DNA of 63,588 bases, filler included, from Actinomycetota bacterium (GTDB lineage: Bacteria; Actinomycetota; CADDZG01; JAHWKV01; JAOPZY01), in the NCBI GenBank assembly GCA_025963875.1. It is 5 parts of 5 records of this genome, joined end to end, with 100 filler letters (N's around TTAATTAATTAA, not from the genome) between each part and the next. Parts side by side here need not be neighbours in the genome. Positions count along the whole stretch, not along the records: positions 16,318 to 32,595 come from JAOPZY010000252.1; positions 32,696 to 53,688 come from JAOPZY010000020.1; 3 more parts are not named here. One strand, given 5' to 3'. Both the position numbers and the translations under genes were made by a program. Below are positions 28,799-38,232 of the stretch, in pieces. Every line of letters begins with the position of its first letter. Position 1 is the first letter of the stretch. The notes below the pieces were generated by a model. It ran no database searches, was not told the origin of the DNA, and saw only the letters and a program-made list of their open reading frames with translations.

Positions 28799-30510
28799 AG
28801 CAGCTCGGCGGGTACCGGAGCCAGGCGGCGAACCCGTATCGCAGGGAGGGACACTCGCTCTGGGAATTGCCGCTTGAGGTAGGCAAGCCCTTCGACGAGG
28901 ACCATGAGCCCCTCGCTCGTCCACTGGTCGGTTGCCCGAATGAGCCCGCTGAGACCGCGCTGGGGAGAGGCACTCGGAGCCGGCAGGGTGGAGCACCGGA
29001 TGAGGTTCGCCACTTCCCAGTTCGGGCGGAGAACCTGCTCGAACGCACGCCAAAACCTTGGGTCATGGATGACGAGGAGGGTGCCGATCTCATAGTTGCC
29101 AGAGAGGAGGTTGATACCCACTCCTACGCAGAGCGCCTGGTAGGAGTCGGGACGTTCCTGTAGCCAGCGAAGCGGCTTGCTCTTCTCTACGAACCACATA
29201 GGCTGCAGGTCCCGATCCGCAAGTTCAACCTCGCGACCACCGAGCACCTCTTCGAATAGCTCTCGGTACAAGGTGGCCGAGGGTGCGACTTCAGAAGCCA
29301 GGGCCTGGGAGTGAGGGAGGACCGAAGGCTGATGGAATGCCTTCGGGATGACACTGAGGAGGCCCGGGGAGTCGGACACGACGGCACTCCTGCGTTGGGC
29401 CAGGACGACAAAATCGTTGTGGGGCTTGGGGCGGGCGATGGCGAGGAGGGTGAGCACGCCGCCCGAGCACACCCGATTGTCGAAGTCTGCGAGGGCGCCG
29501 CCATGGGGAAGAACCTGTGCCCGCAAGGGCATGTGCTTGTCGGGAGCAGCAAGCAGGTCGTGGATGCTCCTGGTCTGAGCCAGGGCACCCGTCAGTTCAT
29601 CCGCAAGGAGACCAGCACTCAGCCGGTAGTGCAGGAACGAGTCGGTCGAGAACGTGGCCGACAGACGTCCCCGGCGCGGATCGAGCTGCCGCAGCCTGAA
29701 GATCGGGGAGTCGTAGATCTCCAGACTCTTGGCTTCGATTTCGCAGAGGAAACGGAGCGCCGACGAGCGGAAGGCATCGATAGCTCGATCGGGGGCAACG
29801 GTCGCTGAGATTCCGCAGTCCTCTTGCGGTGATGAACGGCCGAGGCCGGCGAGTGGCACGCAGAGGCCCGACCATGCGGGTCGCGTGGCTAGCGCCAGAC
29901 GGACTCGCCGCTCGTTGATTTCCAGCTCGTACGACGCGAGCCCTCCTCGGTCCAGGGAGTCATCTGAGTAGTACGCGGTGAGGACTTCTCGGGCGCCGAG
30001 GGGCAAATGCTTCGAGTCTTCTCGTCGCTCTGGCAGGCCTTCGGCGGAAGCGAGAGCCGGGAACACTTCGTCGCAAGCCTCTAGGTACTCGATGCGGAAC
30101 AGACGGGCATACTCCCGGATCACCTGTGGGTCGAGGGTCGTGAGTCGGGCAGGACGAACCTTCGTCGTTGTCTGGCGGCGACGACCAGGTGGCAACTGGG
30201 CGCTCTCATCATGTAGCTCCCGCATGGCCTTGGCTCGAAGGCCAAGGAGCTCGCTCCGGAGCGCTTCGGCTACGGCGGCGTCCCCTTGGGCGAAGTGGCG
30301 GGCGAGAGCGTCCAGAGCCTGTTCCCTGGGGATGTGGCGGCCGTGCTCCCACTCCCAAAGCGAATGCTTCGACGTACCCACCGCTGATGCGAGAGCAAGG
30401 CCCTTGAGGGGACGTCCGAGCGCCGTTTCCCGCAGCTCGACAAGGCGGCGAGCCAGTGCCCCGCGGCATGAGTCGCTGTCATCGCCATGAGCTGGGACGG
30501 CCAGCGCCAT
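28795..30510 (-). CDS. XRE-like HTH fused to a Nudix-like C-terminal domain
   Basis: LASAVGTSKHSLWEWEHGRHIP HTH; QRRS...LSVIPKAFHQP...LYRELFEEVLGG. Confidence 0.7.
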   Translation of the reverse strand: MALAVPAHGDDSDSCRGALARRLVELRETALGRPLKGLALASAVGTSKHSLWEWEHGRHIPREQALDALARHFAQGDAAVAEALRSELLGLRAKAMRELHDESAQLPPGRRRQTTTKVRPARLTTLDPQVIREYARLFRIEYLEACDEVFPALASAEGLPERREDSKHLPLGAREVLTAYYSDDSLDRGGLASYELEINERRVRLALATRPAWSGLCVPLAGLGRSSPQEDCGISATVAPDRAIDAFRSSALRFLCEIEAKSLEIYDSPIFRLRQLDPRRGRLSATFSTDSFLHYRLSAGLLADELTGALAQTRSIHDLLAAPDKHMPLRAQVLPHGGALADFDNRVCSGGVLTLLAIARPKPHNDFVVLAQRRSAVVSDSPGLLSVIPKAFHQPSVLPHSQALASEVAPSATLYRELFEEVLGGREVELADRDLQPMWFVEKSKPLRWLQERPDSYQALCVGVGINLLSGNYEIGTLLVIHDPRFWRAFEQVLRPNWEVANLIRCSTLPAPSASPQRGLSGLIRATDQWTSEGLMVLVEGLAYLKRQFPERVSLPAIRVRRLAPVPAELL

Positions 30511-30674
30511 GGCGGCATTGTATCGGCGGCCGGACGACGAGACCAGCGAAAGAGTTTTGTTCGATTTCGAACTCAAGAAAGCTCGAAACAGCTCGATTGG
30601 CGATGGCTCGGCATCAAAGATGAGCCATGAAAGCCCGGGAATGGCCCCTGGCTCCAGCTCACGGGAGGTCCAGC

Positions 30675-31043
30675 ATGAAGATCCAACTGCCGATCGACAC
30701 CTCCGCGGTTTCGTTCATCGACGTCATGCCGCCGGAGCCATTTCTCGACGGCCACACGAAGCAGCAGAAGGCCGACGCCAACGGCGAGCCGCTGTACTCG
30801 GTTGAGCTGGTATGCATCGGGACCGAGGGCGACGAGATCCTGTCAGTGACGTTCCCCGGCCCTCCTCCGGCCGGAATCTGTCAGGGCATGCCGGTGAGGG
30901 TGACGGGCCTCATGGTCACCGGCGGGGCCATCGGAGACCGCTTCGGGCTCACATTCCGGGCCACCGACATCGAGCCCCTGTCGGCCGCGGACGCAGAGAC
31001 TGGCCGTCAGCCCAGCAGTGGCGCAGCGGGCTTGAACCGATGA
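30675..31043 (+). CDS. SCO3933-family / Pra-like protein of actinomycete integrative elements
   Basis: LPIDT, QQKAD.NGEPLYSVEL, PVRVTGL, GLTFRATDI; GGAGG RBS. Confidence 0.75.
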   Translation: MKIQLPIDTSAVSFIDVMPPEPFLDGHTKQQKADANGEPLYSVELVCIGTEGDEILSVTFPGPPPAGICQGMPVRVTGLMVTGGAIGDRFGLTFRATDIEPLSAADAETGRQPSSGAAGLNR

Positions 31044-31327
31044 AGGAGAACCTGCAACCCCAGTTCCTGAGGATCCGGTGGGAGGTCACCACGGAGCAGG
31101 GCGCCGCCGTCATGCTGGAGACCATGGCGTGCCTACGGCATCGCCGGGAAATCGCGCTCGCATACCCCAGCGCCCGAGGAGTCGGAGGGCGGGGCGATGT
31201 CTGCGACCTCTGCGAGGGCCGCCATCCGCGGCCACTCGGATCCGAGCTACCCAGTTCGCACCGCAGTCAGCTCGGGTCCCCTGACGGCAGCCTGGCACGC
31301 CCGGCCGCTCTCGGCGCCCCGCGCTGA
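31040..31327 (+). CDS. Hypothetical protein
   Basis: ATGA-coupled to the upstream gene; CxxH and CxxC motifs. Confidence 0.4.
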   Translation: MKENLQPQFLRIRWEVTTEQGAAVMLETMACLRHRREIALAYPSARGVGGRGDVCDLCEGRHPRPLGSELPSSHRSQLGSPDGSLARPAALGAPR

Positions 31328-31597
31328 GCAAATAAGTCCGGGATCGATGCCCTGCTGCAGGGGGCCCGAGGTGACTGCGGCACAGGCGTGACCGTGTCGC
31401 AGGCCGTTTCCCGAGCCTCAACGACGCCACCACAAGCAAATTGAGCCGTGGCCACCTGGACGAGATCGCTGTAAACCACGGCGTGGTGATCGGGGAGATT
31501 GCCGCACATTCCGTGACCCGACCTCGGTCCGGATCGCGGAATCCCCGATACTGGGTGCCGGCCGCCTTTGAGCAACTGCCGGGGGGCATGCGTGAGC

Positions 31598-32152
31598 TTA
31601 CGCTCGCAAGAGGCCAACAAAGACCCAGATGACTGCTGTGAGGAATACGCTGGCCAGAAACGGCCATGTTGCAGCCCAGGAGATCTTGACCCTGGTCAGG
31701 CGAGTCTCCGTAGCGTACGGGACGGACTCGGGCGGCGACCCCTTCAGCAACCGTCGGAGCTTCTCTTCTGCAGTCCGGTAGGCGCCACGGTCTTTGGCAT
31801 TGCGAGCTTCCACTTGAAACAGTAGACCCGCGAGCAAAACCAAGCCACCAATCGCAATCATCCTGACGAGAAGGCGCAATTCCCCGGCATGTTGAACCTT
31901 TTGGATAGCCTCCATCGAACCCTTACTTAGGAGAAGGTCGAACGAGACGAGACCCAAGAAGGCTCGGAGCTGAATGGCTCTCCGCCGGTCCATCGACTCG
32001 CGAAAGTAGCCGGCTATCTCGACTAGAGAGGGTTGGGCCAGTGACGGTGGGCTGCCCGACTCTTCCGCCCGGGCTCCATTTCCAAGCGAGGAGGCCTGGA
32101 CCTTGACTGGCCGTACAGCCTTGTTGCGCTGGCCCGTTGCCCGCACGTGCAC
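31598..32152 (-). CDS. Hypothetical membrane protein
   Basis: 2-3 hydrophobic segments; visibly more AT-rich; AGGAGG before GTG. Confidence 0.5.
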   Translation of the reverse strand: MHVRATGQRNKAVRPVKVQASSLGNGARAEESGSPPSLAQPSLVEIAGYFRESMDRRRAIQLRAFLGLVSFDLLLSKGSMEAIQKVQHAGELRLLVRMIAIGGLVLLAGLLFQVEARNAKDRGAYRTAEEKLRRLLKGSPPESVPYATETRLTRVKISWAATWPFLASVFLTAVIWVFVGLLRA

Positions 32153-32467
32153 CCTCCTGGGACGTTTCCGCCAGTTTACCTTAAGTGCCCCAGGCAGAAA
32201 TCCGGCCCATCATGTATGACACCTTCCTTGTAAGGGATGCTCGGCGGCGTGGAAAACGTGCCTGGGGGACGACGAATCGGCCTGGGAGCAGGGGAAACAG
32301 GTTGGCGTCAATTGCCGCTGGTTATCAGCGTTGCGCTCCTTTCACGGCCTCAGACGGCCTGGAGACGGCCTGGAGGTGCCGTCGCCGGGGCCCGATCCAT
32401 CAGGGGGAGCGCTTCCGGGAGCAGGTCGCCCACAGGGCCACCAGCGCGTAGCGGAGTAGTAGCCACG

Positions 32468-32595
32468 GCGCGGAAGAGACGAAAGAGGTCCGTGGCGCGC
32501 TCGAGATCGCTGCGCACGGCGGGGTAGGCGTAGGTCAGGAGACCCATCGCCACGCCGACGATGACCGGGTCGACCCCGGACCGGAACAGCGCGAC
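32468..32595 (-). pseudogene. nhaA: Fragment of an NhaA-type Na+/H+ antiporter; similarity ends after LFRLFR
   Basis: ALFRSGVDPVIVGVAMGLLTYAYPAVRSDLERATDLFRLFR resembles actinobacterial NhaA; the frame then diverges and stops at 32350. Confidence 0.55.
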
Positions 32596-32695
32596 NNNNN
32601 NNNNNNNNNNNNNNNNNNNNNNNNNNNNNNNNNNNNNNNTTAATTAATTAANNNNNNNNNNNNNNNNNNNNNNNNNNNNNNNNNNNNNNNNNNNN
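32596..32695. other. Artificial contig spacer
   Basis: N-run with TTAATTAATTAA. Confidence 0.98.
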
Positions 32696-33398
32696 GATCG
32701 GCTTCCTTGGCCCCATACCGGAAGTGGAAGACCTGCCGGTGCTTGCGTTCGACGGCTGCGCCGTTGGCGAGGCGCACGGAGACCGGAAGACCGTAGAGGT
32801 CCGTCGCGGTGACGAAGAGGTCAAGTTCCCGGACAAGGGGGCTTGTAACCTCCGGGTCCTTGCCCATGCCGTCGAGAGCGGTGACGAGGTTCGCGTACAT
32901 CCACCGGCCGTCGAGGAGCGACTTGGGCGGCCGTTCCGGCTTGAGATTCACGTCCTTGGAATGCTTGCCGTCGTTGTAGAGCTGGACGATGTCGCCCTTT
33001 TCGATCCACAGCTGCTTCAGCTGGTCGAGGCTCTGATTGTTGGCGAGCGCCTTCGCCAGGAAGATCCCGTTGATACCGCCGGCAGAGCTGCCGGTGAGGA
33101 TGTCGACGACGAATCGACGGCAGAGCGGATCCCCGGGGCGAGGCGTCCCTGGGTCGTCGGGGCCGAGCTGGGCAAGCTGCCGGTAGACCTGTTCGGTGCC
33201 GTCGAGAGCTTCGGTCGGAAACGCGACGGCAGTCTCTGGGTCGAAGGTCTCGCCAGCCGTTGCCCGCACAAGCCGCAAGAGCTCCTGGGCGACGCCGTTC
33301 ATGTAGATGCAGAGCGAGGACCCGCCGTAGAGCACGACGGCAAGGCGCACTTCCTCGTCCGCCTCGATCTTCGGCGCTTCAACCCCCACCTCGACCAC
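32696..33398 (-). CDS. Patatin-related protein, N-terminal part
   Basis: EVRLAVVLYGGSSLCIYMNG, GSSAGGING (GxSxG), LDLFVTATD. Confidence 0.88.
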
Positions 33399-34938
33399 GT
33401 CCTTTCCGCCCGGCCAGGCGTCGCTGGGCGCGGCACCTGAGCGACTTCGTGCATATAACGAGTGTCTGTTTGACCGCGAAATACGCGGTCAGGCAGACAC
33501 TTGATTTTGGGCGCATCAAAACATCAAAACTAGTGCACCTTCGCATTAATCCCACGCATCCAGCGCAGCCTCCATGCGAACCTCGCAGGGTGCCGTTGTC
33601 GACGGCATGAACCGTCCCCGGAGCCGGAGACCCGGCTCCTAGACGGCTCGCCTGCGAGCGACTCCCGGGTCCCCCCGGGCGGCCCGGTGCCGGGCAGGAC
33701 CTGCGCTCATCGTAGAGATGACGGCGCCGGTCACGCCGTGCTGGGACAGTCCCAGCCCGACGGTGCGTGACGCGTGCGGGCGCACGCGTGGATCCGCCGC
33801 CTCGTGCGGCGATGTTTCGGGCACCGACGAGGTCCCGGTGGCCCGTGTGCCCGCAGTGCAGGCAGGAAAACGAGCGTCCCCTGGGCTTGGGGGCCGCCTT
33901 GTGGCACTCCGGGCAGGTGGACGACGTCCCCCGCTCGTTCACGAGCACCACCTCGATCCCCGCCAGCTCCGCCTTGTCTTTGAGGCACGCCATGAGGTGC
34001 GTACGCCGCCAGTTGCGAAGCCGCAGGTTCTGCTGTCGTCCGCAGTCCCTGGTGGTGATGCCCTTGGGATCGCCAATTACGACGGTGCTGACGTTGTGCT
34101 CCACCAGCCACGACACCACAGCCTTGGCCGCCTCGTGCTGGCCCTGGCGGACCCTGCGGCGGTGACGGGCCTCGGCTCTGCGGCCGGAGGCCCGGTGGCG
34201 CCGCCAGCGGCGGCTGCCCCTCTGGCCCTTGGAAGGTGCCTTTCCTGCCGCCTTCTGGGACCGTCGCTTGGTGTCCTCCAGATGCAGGCGCTCCTCGGAC
34301 CGGATGGCCCGTCCCGAGACCAGCAAGGCCTCGTCGCCGGTGACGACAGCGTACGGGTGGATGATGCCGAGATCGACACCGGCAAACCTTGCGGGATCGA
34401 GGGGGTGCACCTCCACCGCCACCTCGGCTGTCATGTCAAGGTAGAGCCGTCCCGCCTCGGCGACAAGGGTGACCGAGCGGAGCGACCCGGACGGGTAGGG
34501 GATCGCTCTCCCGAGGCGCACCCACAGCTCGGGAGGGCCCTTGGCAACCCGGAGCCGGACGCGGGAGCCGTCAACGGCGAAGCATCCCTTGCGAAAGCGC
34601 ACGGGGACCAGTGCCCGCTTGCGCCGGGGGAACCCGGCTCGGACACCCAGCTTCTTGCGCTTAACTGCCTCGAAGAATGCGGTGGAGTAGTTCTTCAGGA
34701 CCGCCTCGGCGCACTGCCGGGACAGATCACCGAACGTTGTGCCCGTAAGCTCACGGCACAGGGCCGAGAAGTTGGCCACCTCGGGGCGATGCTGCTCCCG
34801 GAGCCGGCGGTTCCCGTCGATCACCCAGGCCCACACGTCTCCGGCGGAGCGCAGCAGGCCGTAGCAGCGACGGCGCTGGGCCGGTGTCGTCCGCAGGGCG
34901 ATCCTGGCGGTGCGGTGGACGGTGGGCACGGAACACAT
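33379..34938 (-). CDS. tnpB: RNA-guided endonuclease TnpB; conserved part ends near 33700 and the frame reads through the element end
   Basis: GFPRRK, GVDLG (RuvC-I), VVIGD, VNERGTSSTCPEC / CLHCG Zn finger, HRDLVGARNI (RuvC-III). Confidence 0.92.
   Translation of the reverse strand: MCSVPTVHRTARIALRTTPAQRRRCYGLLRSAGDVWAWVIDGNRRLREQHRPEVANFSALCRELTGTTFGDLSRQCAEAVLKNYSTAFFEAVKRKKLGVRAGFPRRKRALVPVRFRKGCFAVDGSRVRLRVAKGPPELWVRLGRAIPYPSGSLRSVTLVAEAGRLYLDMTAEVAVEVHPLDPARFAGVDLGIIHPYAVVTGDEALLVSGRAIRSEERLHLEDTKRRSQKAAGKAPSKGQRGSRRWRRHRASGRRAEARHRRRVRQGQHEAAKAVVSWLVEHNVSTVVIGDPKGITTRDCGRQQNLRLRNWRRTHLMACLKDKAELAGIEVVLVNERGTSSTCPECHKAAPKPRGRSFSCLHCGHTGHRDLVGARNIAARGGGSTRAPARVTHRRAGTVPARRDRRRHLYDERRSCPAPGRPGGPGSRSQASRLGAGSPAPGTVHAVDNGTLRGSHGGCAGCVGLMRRCTSFDVLMRPKSSVCLTAYFAVKQTLVICTKSLRCRAQRRLAGRKGRGRGGG
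33461..33501. repeat. Intergenic palindrome (18-bp arms)
   Basis: AGTGTCTGTTTGACCGCG-AAATA-CGCGGTCAGGCAGACACT. Confidence 0.75.
33530..33790 (-). ncRNA. Candidate omega/reRNA scaffold overlapping the tnpB 3' end
   Basis: Position plus nested hairpins (33620-33639 inside 33609-33649; 33591-33607); boundaries inferred. Confidence 0.45.
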
Positions 34939-34967
34939 GTTCGCAAGGATAGCGAGGGGTACCGACA
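34931..34967 (-). promoter_or_regulatory. RecA-NDp (PafBC-type) promoter plus LexA box at the tnpB start
   Basis: Minus strand TGTCGG-N10-TATCCT (34967-34946) followed by CGAAC-ATGT-GTTC (GAAC-N4-GTTC at 34931-34942). Confidence 0.7.
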
Positions 34968-35080
34968 GAAAACGCCGCCTTTCCAGGCCCGACGAAGAAA
35001 GTTTGAAAGAGAGGCGACCTCCTCTCATCTCGAAGATATGGAGGGCCAAATCAACTGACTGTTATTAATGCGAGGCAGCA

Positions 35081-35617
35081 CTAGGTCTGGGGTCCCTCCG
35101 TCGCCGTGTGGACGAACGCCTCGAGGTCCGGCAGGTGAGCCCAGGCATGGCGGAAGGGATGCGCCGGCATCCCGGTCGTCGATCCGACGTGCTCACCGAA
35201 CGTCAGCGTGCGGTCTTCCCGCGTCCCGGGCGGTACCCGCCCCCAGTCGTCGTCGGCGATGGTCCGGATGGTCGCCACGAGGCGGGCGTTGGTTGCCCGG
35301 AAGCTCGTGACCGTCTCCTCCCAGCCCCTGGCCTCCTTGCGTTCGATCTCGGCGGCATTGAAGAGGTCGAGGGACGCCTCGTCGGTGACGGTGTTCCGGA
35401 TGCCGGGCGGACGGCCCGCACGGATGTCCTCGATCGTGCGGAGGGCGACCTCCTCCCAGGTCTCGATGTGGCCGGCGAGGTCGCGGGCCGACCAGGCGCC
35501 GCTCCCGATCGTCCCCCTGGCTTCTGCGGCATCCCTGCTCAGTCTCGAGAACAGGGCGTCGAGCGACTCGGAGCCCTCGGTGAGGATGGCAGCGGCCTCG
35601 GCCGGCGTCTCGTTCAC
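35081..35617 (-). CDS. DinB/maleylpyruvate isomerase N-terminal-like protein
   Basis: WSARDLAGHIETWEE and C-terminal HAWAHL; GTGA overlap with the zwf stop. Confidence 0.75.
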   Translation of the reverse strand: MNETPAEAAAILTEGSESLDALFSRLSRDAAEARGTIGSGAWSARDLAGHIETWEEVALRTIEDIRAGRPPGIRNTVTDEASLDLFNAAEIERKEARGWEETVTSFRATNARLVATIRTIADDDWGRVPPGTREDRTLTFGEHVGSTTGMPAHPFRHAWAHLPDLEAFVHTATEGPQT

Positions 35618-37064
35618 TGCAGCGCCTCCGAGGCGGGGTGGGAATGGCGAATCGCGTCGTGGTCGTGATCGATCGGGCCCGGGTTGTGCCAACGCCGGTG
35701 GTGGGCGACGACGTGGTCGGCCTCGGGCGGCCCCCAGCTTCCCCGCGGGTAGGGGTACACGGGGCCCGGATGGTCGAGCAGGGGCTGGACGATCTGCCAG
35801 GCAGTCTCGACGGCGTCCTGGCGGGCGAAGCGGGCGGCGTTGCCCTCGATGGCGTCGGCGAGGAGTCGTTCGTACGCCTCGTGGCGGTGCCCGAAGACCT
35901 GCTCGAAGTCCACGTCGAGTTCCACGGGATAGCTCACGAGGGCCTCTCCCGGCTGCTTGGCCTGAAGGCTCACCGTCACGCCGTCGTGAGCGCCGAGGCG
36001 GAAGACCAGCAGGTTGGGGTGGGGCCGATGGTCGGTCGAGCTGAACAGCATGCGGGGCGGGGTCTGGAACTCCACGATCGCCTCGAGCGACGTGGTCGCG
36101 AGGGCCTTGCCGGCCCGTACGTAGAACGGGACCCCCGCCCATCGCCAGCTCTCGATGTCGAGGCGGAGGGCGGCGAAGGTCTCCGTGGTCGAACCCGGAG
36201 CGACGCCGGGCTCGTCGAGGTACCCCACGTACTGGCCCCGCACGAGGTACCGCGGGCTGGCCGGGTGCATCGCCTTCAGGACCCTCTCCTTCTCGTCGCG
36301 CAGCGCCTCCGCCCCCGCGCTCGACGGAGGATCCATGGCGAGGAAGGCCACCACGTTGAGCAGGTGGTTCTGGACGACGTCCCGGATGGCACCGACGGTG
36401 TCGTAGAACGAGCCACGGCCCTCGACGCCGAACGACTCCGCCATCGTGACCTGGATCCCGGCGATGTAGCGGCGGTTCCACACCGGCTCGAGCAGGCTGT
36501 TGGCGAAGCGGAACACCATCAGGTTCTCCACGGACTCCTTGCCGAGGTAGTGGTCGATGCGGAAGATGGCCTCCTCCCGGAACACTTGGTGAAGCACGCG
36601 GTTGAGCTCCTGGGCGGATGCCAGGTCCCGCCCGAACGGCTTCTCGACGACCACACGGGCGCCCTTGTCGAGGCCGGCGGCGGCCAGGCCCTGCACCACC
36701 GCCTCGAAGAGAGATGGCGGGATGGCCAGGTAGTGCAGCGGCCGCTCCGAACGGACGTTCTTCAGGGCGTCGGCGAGGCGTTGGAACGTCGCCTGGTCAC
36801 GGTAGTCGCCGTTGACCAGGCAGAGGTTGGTGGTGAGCTGCTCGATGGCGGCCGGGTCCGGGTCCTCGACGCCCGCCTTGATGGCCTCGGTCGCGTAGTT
36901 GCGGATCTTGTCGTCGTCCCAGCCGACGGCGGCGGCGACACCGATGACGGGGATCTTGAGCCGCCCTTCGGCGGTCAGGTGGTAGAGGGCCGGATAGAGC
37001 TTCTTGTGGGCGAGGTCCCCGGTGGCGCCGAACAGGACGAGGGCGCCGGACCGCTCCGCCTTGG

Positions 37065-37068
<4 letters not shown>
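35614..37068 (-). CDS. zwf: Glucose-6-phosphate dehydrogenase
   Basis: GATGDLA, EKPFG, RIDHYLGKE, RDVVQNH, RWAGVPF. Confidence 0.97.
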
Positions 37069-38084
<1,016 letters not shown>

Positions 38085-38232
38085 CGGAGCCTCCTTACCT
38101 CGTTTTCCTGCTGACCTTGCATACCCTAGCGGGGGATGGGTGGGGTTTTCCACGGATAGGGTGGACTTCGACGTGGCCCCCCGGCAGGAACAAGAGGGCG
38201 GACTGCAACGTGGTGAATTATGGATGGACGAC

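Larger units (their letters stand above)
23746..32595. mobile_element. Decayed tRNA-Val-targeting integrative element (AICE-like); right boundary not seen
   Basis: tRNA 3' fragment at the left, adjacent CGCGGGAT direct repeats, SCO3933-like gene, several pseudogenes; no integrase in the contig. Confidence 0.5.
33530..35084 (-). mobile_element. Non-autonomous TIR element with IS630-like ends carrying only tnpB
   Basis: CTAGTGCACCTTCGCATTAAT (33530-33550) vs reverse complement of 35064-35084 CTAGTGCTGCCTCGCATTAAT, 18/21 identical; CTAG at both ends. Confidence 0.75.

Noticed and set aside
31400..31632. Protein-like fragment NLSRGHLDEIAVNHG...NPRYW
   Set aside because: May be a gene remnant, but I cannot assign a family or a start
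33379..35049. Cas12f/type V CRISPR effector, or a 556-aa TnpB
   Set aside because: No array nearby; the N-terminal 37 codons cover the promoter and the C-terminal tail is scaffold/read-through
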